IMG/VR virus record: IMGVR_UViG_3300008050_000001
Coordinates: 4,615 to 68,614 of that record
DNA length: 64,000 bases
From: a virus
Strand: one strand, 5' to 3'
The notes beneath the pieces are model-generated. The model searched no databases, was not told where the DNA came from, and saw nothing but the letters and a program-made list of their open reading frames with translations. Positions 45,701 to 54,110 of this stretch are shown one piece after another. Positions within the stretch are counted from its first letter, which is position 1; each line of letters begins with the position of its first letter. Both the position numbers and the translations under genes were made by a program.

Positions 45701-46545
45701 CTTACTACCTCGTCGTCATTCTCATCTGAATCAGGGTCTATCTCTGCCTCGTTCTCAAAATGCCTTTGGAAGGCGGTAGGCATAAACCTCTTGCCCTCAT
45801 CTTCCTCCATAATCTTAGCAATCTCTTCTTCGATATACGGCTCTGCATCTTCGCCCTTTGGCCTGTGCCTTGCTCGCCCACCCATTGGGCCTAGGTTTTC
45901 GTGTAGGAAGGCAAGGAACTGCTCGCATTCCTTTGGTATGTGTTCCTCATCAATAGCAACGAACCCGCGAGCATCCAATATGAATCCGCTTATCCCTGCT
46001 TTTGCGAAGTTCTGTAGAGTTAGTTGCGAACAGGCTAACTTTGTTTCAAACGCAATATCAAGTGCTGTTTGTTTGTCGTATGTCTTTGGTTCGCCTTCTA
46101 CGATTTGAGCAACCATAGGTCGTATTAGCAACTCTTCGTCAGGTATGCTCTCTCCAGTATGTGATGTTATGACTGCATTTTCATATAGTCGTGTGGAGTA
46201 GTGCATGATGAAGGATTCAGGATATACATTGTCCTCGTTGCGTATCATTTCGTATGCCCTATCAATTAGCAAGTGAACCTGCCTAATTTGGGTCATGCTT
46301 AGTGCGTCTGCTATTGCCGAATGTAAAACATTAGGTTCATTTCTGTTAGTCTTCATAATGAACAAACCATCTACAGGGTCTAATGGTAAACCAATGTGAT
46401 GTAATGTCTGCATTAGTTGAACCAAATACCCATAGGCTGTGCGCTTGTCCTTCATGCCGTCGTCGTATGACGATACCAGTTCATCAATCCATTCCTTTAG
46501 CAATTCTAATTCCTTTGGTCTTTCCATATTTATTCCCCCAACCAC
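45694..46545 (-). CDS. Hypothetical acidic protein
   Basis: 283-aa ORF. Confidence 0.65.
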   Translation of the reverse strand: MVGGINMERPKELELLKEWIDELVSSYDDGMKDKRTAYGYLVQLMQTLHHIGLPLDPVDGLFIMKTNRNEPNVLHSAIADALSMTQIRQVHLLIDRAYEMIRNEDNVYPESFIMHYSTRLYENAVITSHTGESIPDEELLIRPMVAQIVEGEPKTYDKQTALDIAFETKLACSQLTLQNFAKAGISGFILDARGFVAIDEEHIPKECEQFLAFLHENLGPMGGRARHRPKGEDAEPYIEEEIAKIMEEDEGKRFMPTAFQRHFENEAEIDPDSDENDDEVVRW

Positions 46546-47255
46546 TCCATCATATCATCTGACCCTAATATAGAGGCCATAATCCTCTCTAAAGCCTTGA
46601 TTGGGATATGCTTTGCTATTTCCATCATCTCTTTCATTTCGGGTTCAAAGTCTTGCCCTCTCACGCTTGCTATTACCCCTCGTTCTATCAAACCGCGAAG
46701 TGCCTCTGTGTTATGGCCTTCGGCCTCTAATTGAATCATAATTGGGTTATCATTGACTTCCAAATTAGCAATGACCTCGGTAGCATTGAGGAAGAACGGG
46801 CGATAATCCTTAGCCGGTATGAACTCTGTTCTTTCGTCATCCTTTGGTATATATCTGCAAATGAGAACTACTCTACCACGAACAAAATGTTCCTTTAGCA
46901 ACTCCTTCTCCTTATCTTGATTCCAATGTAGAAGAAAACAACCTAAGTTGTTGTTGTAAGGTGTTCGGAAGTCATCTTGATTGCTAAGATTGTATAGGGT
47001 TCCACACACCTCTAATCTCGAACCATCCATAGGATGGGGGAATGTTTTGGTGTTGTGAGCATCTGTGCTTGCTATCTGTGCTTCGCCTGTGTGGAAGTTG
47101 CATAGCATCTTCTCTATGGCCCAATACTCGTCAGGGTATGTATGTTGTAGATGTTCGGTCCAGTCCGTATCTAACGGGTCTTCCGCCCATAAGCCATCTA
47201 TAGGAACAGGCTCAGTCTTCTCTGTGGATAACACCCATGCAGTCAGGTTTTCCAT
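46530..47255 (-). CDS. Hypothetical protein
   Basis: 241-aa ORF. Confidence 0.65.
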   Translation of the reverse strand: MENLTAWVLSTEKTEPVPIDGLWAEDPLDTDWTEHLQHTYPDEYWAIEKMLCNFHTGEAQIASTDAHNTKTFPHPMDGSRLEVCGTLYNLSNQDDFRTPYNNNLGCFLLHWNQDKEKELLKEHFVRGRVVLICRYIPKDDERTEFIPAKDYRPFFLNATEVIANLEVNDNPIMIQLEAEGHNTEALRGLIERGVIASVRGQDFEPEMKEMMEIAKHIPIKALERIMASILGSDDMMEWLGE

Positions 47256-47558
47256 TCACTCAGCCCCCTCTTCCAACATATCTCGGATTACCTTTCTTGA
47301 TTCCTCAGGAATGGAGTTCACTATCCTATCCATTATCTCATCAATTCCGGTTCCTAGTTCTCCGAACTCCTTGCTAACTTCCCCCATCGGTTGAAGTCCA
47401 TCTCGTAATACTGCAAGGGCCTGTAGTGTTCTTACCAATGCTACGGTCAACTCGGCGCAATCGTTTATCAACGACTTCACTAATGCAAGCGTCGCATCGG
47501 GGCTAAGTCCTTTCGCTTTCTCTAATATCTCGTTTAGTATTCTCTCTTCATCATTCAT
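47256..47558 (-). CDS. Helical hypothetical protein
   Basis: GGTGA SD; CTTAAA TATA-like element upstream. Confidence 0.65.
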   Translation of the reverse strand: MNDEERILNEILEKAKGLSPDATLALVKSLINDCAELTVALVRTLQALAVLRDGLQPMGEVSKEFGELGTGIDEIMDRIVNSIPEESRKVIRDMLEEGAE

Positions 47559-47631
47559 TCAATCACCGCTTCATCAACTACTAGGGCCACGACCTCTTTA
47601 AGCCCATCGGTAAATCTCTCGTAGGAGCGCA

Positions 47632-48015
47632 TCATTCAAGCCTCCTGTCTGCATACCTATTGCCTTGCCGCCCGACTACCTCATTAAACCAATCGAACAG
47701 GCTTGTTCCGTAGAGGGCCGGCGCGACTCCTGAGCAGTCGGATAGCACCCAATTATCATCCTCTCTAAGGGGTGTAAAGCAATATCCATCTGCTACTTCT
47801 TCCTTGTTTATGGTGAACGGGAGGCGGATTTGGTAAACAATCTCCAAGTTGGAACCCCAAGGTTTGGTATATGCGAATAGCGTTTGACGCTGTAGTGAGA
47901 GTCGCGTCAATGCTCCTATCATTCCCATCCTGTCTATCTCCGCGATTGCGCGGAGTATCGTTTGCTTGCCTTCTGTCCTTCCAATTTCTATTGTGTGTCT
48001 GCTTGTTGCTTTCAT
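47632..48015 (-). CDS. Hypothetical protein
   Basis: GGAGG SD. Confidence 0.55.
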   Translation of the reverse strand: MKATSRHTIEIGRTEGKQTILRAIAEIDRMGMIGALTRLSLQRQTLFAYTKPWGSNLEIVYQIRLPFTINKEEVADGYCFTPLREDDNWVLSDCSGVAPALYGTSLFDWFNEVVGRQGNRYADRRLE

Positions 48016-48088
48016 TCCTTAACCTCCTTACAAGAGTAAATTGCACAATAACCGATTGATTGTTTGCACTTAGGGCAAATAGCAACGG

Positions 48089-48469
48089 TCATTGTTCCCC
48101 CAACTCCTTTTCTATTGCTTCCCTTAGGAAGGAGGGGTATTTGGTGAGTGGTGATTTAGCAAGAATCGCTTTGTTTACCACTTCCTCTATCGGGCGAGCC
48201 GCCCATACTCTGTGTTTGTTCGTATCTTTGTCGTTGCTAACACACTCAAACAGAATGCTACGACGCATAATGTTCCCTAATGTGCTTGCATTCGGTAGGT
48301 TCCCTGCACCTACCTTTGCCCTTACATACGGCTTCTTCCCATCCGTAGTATACCCACCTTTGAATGCCGTCTTATACCAATCAATTATTTGGATAGCAGT
48401 TGCTTCTTTACCGCCGCTTAACCAATCGTAGATTCGCGTTTGTAGCAACCTATGTCTGCCTCTGCTCAT
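48089..48469 (-). CDS. Winged-helix-like protein, paralog of 42060..42425
   Basis: ATAIQIIDWY...LGNIMRRSILF...VWAARPIEE...KYP. Confidence 0.7.
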   Translation of the reverse strand: MSRGRHRLLQTRIYDWLSGGKEATAIQIIDWYKTAFKGGYTTDGKKPYVRAKVGAGNLPNASTLGNIMRRSILFECVSNDKDTNKHRVWAARPIEEVVNKAILAKSPLTKYPSFLREAIEKELGEQ

Positions 48470-48612
48470 TCCAATCCCACCTGTGTTCGTATTGCATCAA
48501 AAGCCGCCCATTTTGTTATGTGACCATTCTCATATCTCATTATGATAGTTCTAATTCTGTTGAGTCTATCATCAGGATTACTATATGTGTAATCATTCAC
48601 TTCGTCACTCAT
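48466..48612 (-). CDS. Small hypothetical protein (not in ORF track)
   Basis: MSDEVNDYTY...QVGLE*; translationally coupled. Confidence 0.45.
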   Translation of the reverse strand: MSDEVNDYTYSNPDDRLNRIRTIIMRYENGHITKWAAFDAIRTQVGLE

Positions 48613-48772
48613 TTTCATCTCCCTCCTTATCGGTCCTTGTGAATGCTAATTCTATCTTCCCATCTCGATATTCTATATCGACATTTAATTTCTGATGGGG
48701 GGCTGTCCTTGCTAACTCTGCGTCTATCTCCTTTCGTATCAACTTCATTACGCTCTTTGGTAATCCCTTCAT
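48605..48772 (-). CDS. Small hypothetical protein (not in ORF track)
   Basis: MKGLPKSVMKLIRKEIDAEL...; translationally coupled. Confidence 0.45.
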   Translation of the reverse strand: MKGLPKSVMKLIRKEIDAELARTAPHQKLNVDIEYRDGKIELAFTRTDKEGDENE

Positions 48773-49068
48773 TCATCTTCCCCCTCGATTTTATCTGCAT
48801 CTGTGTTCCTCATCCACTTAGCAACCCATGTGGTTTTCGTCACAGACACTTCCCTGTGTGTGTCTTCGTTAAGCCACCTCATCTGTTGGTTGCTACTATG
48901 CTCGTCATAGTGAAAAGAGGATGCTACTTTGAACCCACAATGAGGACATTCGCCCATGATGATGATGTTATCGTTGGCTTCGCCGCACCCATCTACATTG
49001 CTATAACCCAACCTGCACTCAAAGTCATGTTCACATACAGGACATATCATTGGGTGGCTTGCGGTCAT
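48769..49068 (-). CDS. Zinc-ribbon protein
   Basis: CPVC...CPHCG. Confidence 0.6.
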   Translation of the reverse strand: MTASHPMICPVCEHDFECRLGYSNVDGCGEANDNIIIMGECPHCGFKVASSFHYDEHSSNQQMRWLNEDTHREVSVTKTTWVAKWMRNTDADKIEGEDE

Positions 49069-49307
49069 TCCTCTTCACCCCTTGGTAATCGGCTATATTC
49101 CATTTGGTAAAACATACCTTCTTCATCTCCTTCTAAAATTATTTCTTTTAGCAATTCTTCTGCCCTTGCTTTCAATTCATACGCAAGACAGGTTTTACAC
49201 CAATGCGATGTATCATAACACATTTGCCCGCCTACCCAATGTCCTGTTATTTCCTCTTCAGTTGCTTCTGCTTCTCCACAGCCTAAACAAACATAGGGCA
49301 CTCTCAT
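49065..49307 (-). CDS. Zinc-finger protein
   Basis: CLGCG...CKTC. Confidence 0.6.
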   Translation of the reverse strand: MRVPYVCLGCGEAEATEEEITGHWVGGQMCYDTSHWCKTCLAYELKARAEELLKEIILEGDEEGMFYQMEYSRLPRGEEE

Positions 49308-49717
49308 TCCTCTTCACCCCCATGGGGGCATTCGTGGATAGGATGCGTCTTATCCAAATGGGCTTGAATGCTATGTGTTGGTAAAACAGTATCACATAGT
49401 GTGCAACGAACATCTGTAATCGAGTAGTTAGCAAGGTCGTTATCAGGATGATTCCAAATACCATTCTCTGTGACTGCTACCACATCTCCTACGATGTGTG
49501 CGTCGCATAGACCGATAGCATTTAGCAACAGGTTCGATTCTAAACCTTCGATAAATCGGCCTTCCTCATTAACATAAATCGTGATGCCCTCCCATTGCAC
49601 ATAGGATTGGGGCAAAGGCTCAATTGGCCCACCTACCGCGCTCTGCATCTCTTCAAGAGATGGGTCTTCGTTCATTGCTATTGCTTCTCCTTGTGTTGTT
49701 ATTCTTTCGTATATCAT
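49304..49717 (-). CDS. DUF3846-like protein with C-terminal C2H2 finger
   Basis: SLEEMQSAVGGPIE...YVNEEG...N...IVGDVV; CTLC...H..H. Confidence 0.75.
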   Translation of the reverse strand: MIYERITTQGEAIAMNEDPSLEEMQSAVGGPIEPLPQSYVQWEGITIYVNEEGRFIEGLESNLLLNAIGLCDAHIVGDVVAVTENGIWNHPDNDLANYSITDVRCTLCDTVLPTHSIQAHLDKTHPIHECPHGGEEE

Positions 49718-49938
49718 ATTACACGCACCTCCTTTGTGTCGTGGTATTCCCCGCCTTCCTGATATTCAGGTAGTGCCTCATGCGCCTCTGCTGTCGTGTT
49801 GCTATCCGTGGAATAGCGACCGTGGGGTGCATCCCAAACCACTTGTTTTGCTATCTTTTCTGCTTCCTCTGCGCTTTCTGCTTCCACTAACAATTCGCTA
49901 ATCAATATCTCACTCACTTTACATACATACTTCGTCAT
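49714..49938 (-). CDS. Small phage protein (VEAESAEEA motif)
   Basis: Common early-gene family motif. Confidence 0.6.
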   Translation of the reverse strand: MTKYVCKVSEILISELLVEAESAEEAEKIAKQVVWDAPHGRYSTDSNTTAEAHEALPEYQEGGEYHDTKEVRVI

Positions 49939-50327
49939 CTTCTTCCCCCCTTGTAGGCGTTCCTTGTGTGTTCCTCATACCATTTCCTGTCTGAGTTCGC
50001 CTTCTCAATGAATGCTCGGTTGCGACTTATGCAAATGCCGTTATCCTTGCATTGGCTCCATGCCTTACGCCCACAGGTAGGTTCAGGACAGTCAACTAGG
50101 AACTGGAACATAACAAAACCTCTGCTATTGCATATCGAATGATATGCTTCGTTTGCCTCTCTGAAAATAAATCCATTGGCTTTCTCTTCCTTTCTGCTTT
50201 GCTTCTCTATCCTGTTGCTAATTGCCTTCACCTTCGGTGAAGAAGAACGACTCACCTTGGGGCGTTCTTTCTTCTTTCCTCTAATCGTGGCTATTACTCC
50301 TTCAAAATCAAAATCAAATAACTTCAT
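49935..50327 (-). CDS. Hypothetical Cys-containing protein
   Basis: CPEPTCG..C..C; start trimmed to MKLF. Confidence 0.5.
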   Translation of the reverse strand: MKLFDFDFEGVIATIRGKKKERPKVSRSSSPKVKAISNRIEKQSRKEEKANGFIFREANEAYHSICNSRGFVMFQFLVDCPEPTCGRKAWSQCKDNGICISRNRAFIEKANSDRKWYEEHTRNAYKGGRR

Positions 50328-50668
50328 TCTTCCTCTTCCTCCTTGTGTATGTTCACCCACAAACACTCAACTCCGTTGCTAATCACGGCGTTTGGTGATT
50401 CGTGAGCGAGATGGAAAATATACGACCCGTCGGACCTTATCGCCCAATCAAGGACAGGCACATGAATGCCCCCATGTTCCTTAGGTAGTCTGACCGTATC
50501 TACGGCGTGTGGGCCAACATACACATCTTCGAGAATGAAGACCGCTCCTAAGGCAGGTTCCCATCTGCCTGTATCTACAATTGTAAGTCCATGTTCATTG
50601 AGAAATGCATCGAACTTTTCTTCTGCGTCTGCTTGTCTTTTTCTTTTCTCATCCAACCCAACAGTCAT
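50324..50668 (-). CDS. Hypothetical protein
   Basis: Translationally coupled ORF. Confidence 0.6.
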   Translation of the reverse strand: MTVGLDEKRKRQADAEEKFDAFLNEHGLTIVDTGRWEPALGAVFILEDVYVGPHAVDTVRLPKEHGGIHVPVLDWAIRSDGSYIFHLAHESPNAVISNGVECLWVNIHKEEEEE

Positions 50669-51135
50669 TCCTCTTCACCACCTGCATACGCATTCCTAAA
50701 GGCTTCAAGCCTTGATGCTACCACATCGACATTACATGGGTCACAACACCTTCCATTGCTAAGTGGTTGAGCATTATGGCCGTAGCCATGGTAGCCTCTC
50801 CCGCAAAGCGAGCATATCTGCTCATCCTCGGTTGCCCTACGCCTACCTGAGATTGCTAAATCGTCTTCGTTGATTCTCCAAACATTTGAGATTGAATCCA
50901 ACTCTGTTGTATCGAAATAACCCGCTTCATCATAAAGCCCCTGCACATAGCCGAAGGCCATGCCGTCTTCTAGCAACTCTGTTGCGAACCAATACCAACC
51001 GGTCATTGATTCCCAACCCGCTAATACGGGTATAGGGTCGGGAAGGTGAGGGTCGGGGTCAGCGGAACCCTCACGCATAGGTAGCACAAACAGACGGCCA
51101 TTGATGGTGTCGAGCCGAAACGACATAATTAGCAA
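50665..51135 (-). CDS. DUF2958-like domain plus zinc-binding domain
   Basis: WYWFATE..AFGYVQG..EAGYF; CSLCG..GYGHNAQPL..GRCCDPCN. Confidence 0.75.
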   Translation of the reverse strand: MLIMSFRLDTINGRLFVLPMREGSADPDPHLPDPIPVLAGWESMTGWYWFATELLEDGMAFGYVQGLYDEAGYFDTTELDSISNVWRINEDDLAISGRRRATEDEQICSLCGRGYHGYGHNAQPLSNGRCCDPCNVDVVASRLEAFRNAYAGGEEE

Positions 51136-51617
51136 CCCCCCGCTCTGTCTGCTTCTGTGTGATTGTATGCCTGCCTCGCAAAGACCTCAGCAATTGTTTG
51201 TAGCCACTCATCTCTGCCTGATGCGGTCAAGTCGTTTGTGTGCTTGTAGCCCTGCAAGTCAATGAATACGCACCAAAGGTAGTGGTCAAGACCACCGTCG
51301 GGATTTTCGCAAGCCGAGCCAACTGCCCTTGCTATTTCTGAATCTCTGTTCTCTGCGTTGCCTGTCGAAGACACATTAACCCATGACCTGAAACCTTCGG
51401 TCCATGCCTCTTGTAGGAACATCAAACCCGCAGGGGCTGTTGCTTCCTCTTTCTGTAGGTTTACAGAAACAAGCGTAGGGCCGGCCACAAGGCCCTTCCT
51501 GACCTCGCCCATGAGAACATCTCCGAACTCATCTATCATAGGTGGAGCATCCATCTTATCGACCTTGAGATAACTCTCGCCGTTGTGTTGCATACTCAAA
51601 CACCCCCCACAGCGCAA
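51129..51617 (-). CDS. Hypothetical protein
   Basis: 162-aa ORF; start uncertain. Confidence 0.55.
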   Translation of the reverse strand: MRCGGCLSMQHNGESYLKVDKMDAPPMIDEFGDVLMGEVRKGLVAGPTLVSVNLQKEEATAPAGLMFLQEAWTEGFRSWVNVSSTGNAENRDSEIARAVGSACENPDGGLDHYLWCVFIDLQGYKHTNDLTASGRDEWLQTIAEVFARQAYNHTEADRAGGC

Positions 51618-51946
51618 TCGAAGTCGTCTATGTAGTCGCCAATGCGAGTTCGCCAGTTGCTAACTTCCACAGCGTCGGGTTCATCTGCTGAAACCGCGTC
51701 AAAGTAGCCTTCTAAGGCCCATAGCAAGTCATTTCCAACCCTCGCCATTCTATTTGCTCTGCTAATTGCCGCATCTCTTTGGAGAAGTAGGCCCTCGTAA
51801 TCCCTTGCTCGTTGCCTTCGTAATTTGCGAGCCTCCTTCCGCTCTTGCCTAAATGCGGGGTCGGGAGGGGAGCGAGCATCAATCTCGCTACCCAATTCGT
51901 CTATCGTTTTTCCATCAATCGTAATATCCATCATGTCGTCGGTCAT
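51596..51946 (-). CDS. Hypothetical protein heading an early operon
   Basis: CTTAAATA TATA-like element upstream (~51980). Confidence 0.6.
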   Translation of the reverse strand: MTDDMMDITIDGKTIDELGSEIDARSPPDPAFRQERKEARKLRRQRARDYEGLLLQRDAAISRANRMARVGNDLLWALEGYFDAVSADEPDAVEVSNWRTRIGDYIDDFDCAVGGV

Positions 51947-52325
51947 GTTCGGTTCAATCGGTCCGTGGTCGGTGTCCTATTTAAGTCCATGGTTCAAAAT
52001 CGGCCAACTCACCTGCTTACAGGCGGTTGCCTGACTTGCTCATCTGCCGGTGTGATGTGGCTATGCGGTTGCCTATGTGTAGGTGAGCGTAGGTGTATAG
52101 GCGAAGGTGTCTGCTTAGGTCTGACTAAGCCCGTTGCTATGTGTAGAGGGTGTATCTTGTATCTCAATACAAAGTGATGAGATACGAAGATTGGATATGT
52201 ATGCTTAGGTTTACGCCAGTAAATAGCGAGAGCCGGCCCAAAGGTCGTTGTGTTTGTTCGCATGATTGCGAGAGTTGGTTGATTCTCCCCTACTTGGTGG
52301 AATCTTGGCGACAGGGCCATTAGCG

Positions 52326-52780
52326 GTTGCTAATTCCACTATGAATAGAAGTTCCTTCTATACATAGTGGGTATGGTTTCTTACTTGGCCGCTTGGTATA
52401 CTTGGTCGCTTGCACTTGGTATACTTGGTCGCTTGGTTAGCGCACACGCGCAAACCCTTAATTTATCAAAAATAAATTAGGACTTTTCCCACGCTTTTTC
52501 GCAAGTTCTGATTGTGATATAGTCTTCTCACCGGCTTTGCATTAACCTCGGTTTCAAAGGTTCTTGCTAGCCGGTGCTAGACCGCAGAGCCGGACATGGG
52601 CTTAGTCCACTAAGAGGGTGGCCTAATCCCCCTCTAACGCGCACGGAATAGGTATCGAAGATACCTATTCGTTGCTAACTGACCTTGCTTTCGCTAGGGT
52701 TCGATTTGAAATGGTTGAATCCACCAAACCGAGAGGGCTTTAGCCCCCTCGGAATGGCTTACGAATGCCGATTTTGGCCT
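52326..52780. other. Non-coding island packed with inverted repeats
   Basis: Stems at 52336-52370, 52459-52479, 52531-52593, 52601-52614, 52646-52670 and 52729-52752. Confidence 0.75.
52392..52435. repeat. 21-bp direct repeat CTTGGTATACTTGGTCGCTTG x2 within a CTTGG array
   Basis: Copies at 52392-52412 and 52415-52435. Confidence 0.85.
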
Positions 52781-52783
52781 GAA

Positions 52784-53062
52784 TCAGGACTCATCCTGAG
52801 ATAGCAAGTCTACGACTTGGTTTGTGATTGCTTGCATATCCTCATCGGTGATTTCTTCACCACGGTGCATGGCTTCTATCATAGCAAACGATTCTTCGGT
52901 TAGAGCCTGAGAAGGCTCATCCTCAAGACCTTCGTTCTTGTAAAGGCTGTAAAGTAGCACTTTAGCAACGAACTCCCTTGACTCGACCTTAGGGTCGAGG
53001 ATTTGCGAGATTAAGTCAGCAATCATAGCAGTTGGATATGTAATATCATCTTGTAGCATCAA
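52784..53062 (-). CDS. Acidic hypothetical protein
   Basis: GGTGA SD; coupled to the VWA-like gene. Confidence 0.65.
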   Translation of the reverse strand: MMLQDDITYPTAMIADLISQILDPKVESREFVAKVLLYSLYKNEGLEDEPSQALTEESFAMIEAMHRGEEITDEDMQAITNQVVDLLSQDES

Positions 53063-54075
53063 TACTCACCCCCTGCTTCGCTACCATCGGTATAGTGAGC
53101 AAGAGCCTCGGTCATCTCGGCAACCATGTGCTTCATGGCGTTCCTTGCTGATATGCTTCCAGCCGGCCAGCCCTTCATTACATGACCTCGGTCAAGCCCT
53201 ATCATCCGTAGGACTTCCGCCTTCTCATCGTCGTTGTAGTCAACATCGGGATAGCCTAGCCCCATTGTGTGGTCAGTTGGGCCTAAGGCCCTCATCATGG
53301 TGAAGATGCCGGTTCTAAAGAACCATGAAGATGAGCCGGAACCCATCAGAGCATCATTGAAGGGGTCCGAAGTGTCCTTCAATTTGTAGGCGTAGAAGCC
53401 ATTTCGATAATCGCCACGGTATACACCGTTCCCTCGGTTAGCAATCCACACTTCAAGATTGAAGCCGGCATCACTCAGAGCCTCGGTAATAGCAACGATA
53501 ACGGCCATAGCCGCCGCTAGAACATCGGCTCCGACATTACAAGACGCTGAAAGCGGCAAAACAAGAGCGATTGACTCCCTCGGTGCTTTGCTTCTTACCC
53601 TTCGGCGGCCGAATGGTTCACCATTTAGCAAGCGGAAGGCATTGACCTTGCAGGGCATTGACTCCACATTTCTCCAACGCCGAGTAAACTCGCTTAGGTC
53701 TATCTGAGCAATCTCTTTCAGAGCATCTTGCCGGAACTTGACCATCAGGTCAATGTCTGCCTTTCGGAATACTCCGTATTGACCGGACATTTTGGCCTCG
53801 GTGATGTGCTTCTTGTCGCCTTCAATCCCTTCGGGCCTTCCGACCCAACTAAGGTCAACTTCGTTGGTTAGGGGGTTCTCAGCACCGGTATACTTGCCGT
53901 TGCTAATCGTTTCACTCATCAACCGGAGGTTGTCCGGTCTGAGGAAGTCAGCCACTTGATGGCTCTGATGAGCCACAAAGCAACGGGCATCGAATACTTC
54001 GCTAACGAAGGTCGAAGCCTGATTGACTCTGTTTACCTCGGAGAGGTAGGATTCAACTTCTTGCTTATCCATCAT
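53059..54075 (-). CDS. VWA-like (CobT/MoxR partner) protein with degenerate MIDAS
   Basis: IALVLPLSASCNV...AITEALSDAGFNLEVW...KLKD...FFR; adjacent to the MoxR ATPase. Confidence 0.65.
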   Translation of the reverse strand: MMDKQEVESYLSEVNRVNQASTFVSEVFDARCFVAHQSHQVADFLRPDNLRLMSETISNGKYTGAENPLTNEVDLSWVGRPEGIEGDKKHITEAKMSGQYGVFRKADIDLMVKFRQDALKEIAQIDLSEFTRRWRNVESMPCKVNAFRLLNGEPFGRRRVRSKAPRESIALVLPLSASCNVGADVLAAAMAVIVAITEALSDAGFNLEVWIANRGNGVYRGDYRNGFYAYKLKDTSDPFNDALMGSGSSSWFFRTGIFTMMRALGPTDHTMGLGYPDVDYNDDEKAEVLRMIGLDRGHVMKGWPAGSISARNAMKHMVAEMTEALAHYTDGSEAGGEY

Positions 54076-54110
54076 TTCACCTCCTTTCGTAGAAAGGTGA
54101 AGGAGCCGTC

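Noticed and set aside
52009-52320. ORFs 52009..52320 (-) and 51845..52177 (+)
   Set aside because: Low-complexity GT-rich sequence with no SD or domain signal; probably non-coding.
52384-52437. Possible mini-CRISPR array near a Cas4-like gene
   Set aside because: The repeats are adjacent with no spacer-sized unique sequence, and solo Cas4-like nucleases are common in archaeal viruses.
52531-52640. Twister or pistol ribozyme
   Set aside because: Only fragments resemble the consensus; the required pseudoknot pairings were not found.
52690-52760. tRNA (GGTTCGA T-loop-like string)
   Set aside because: No cloverleaf can be built around it, and no tRNA was recognised in the window.
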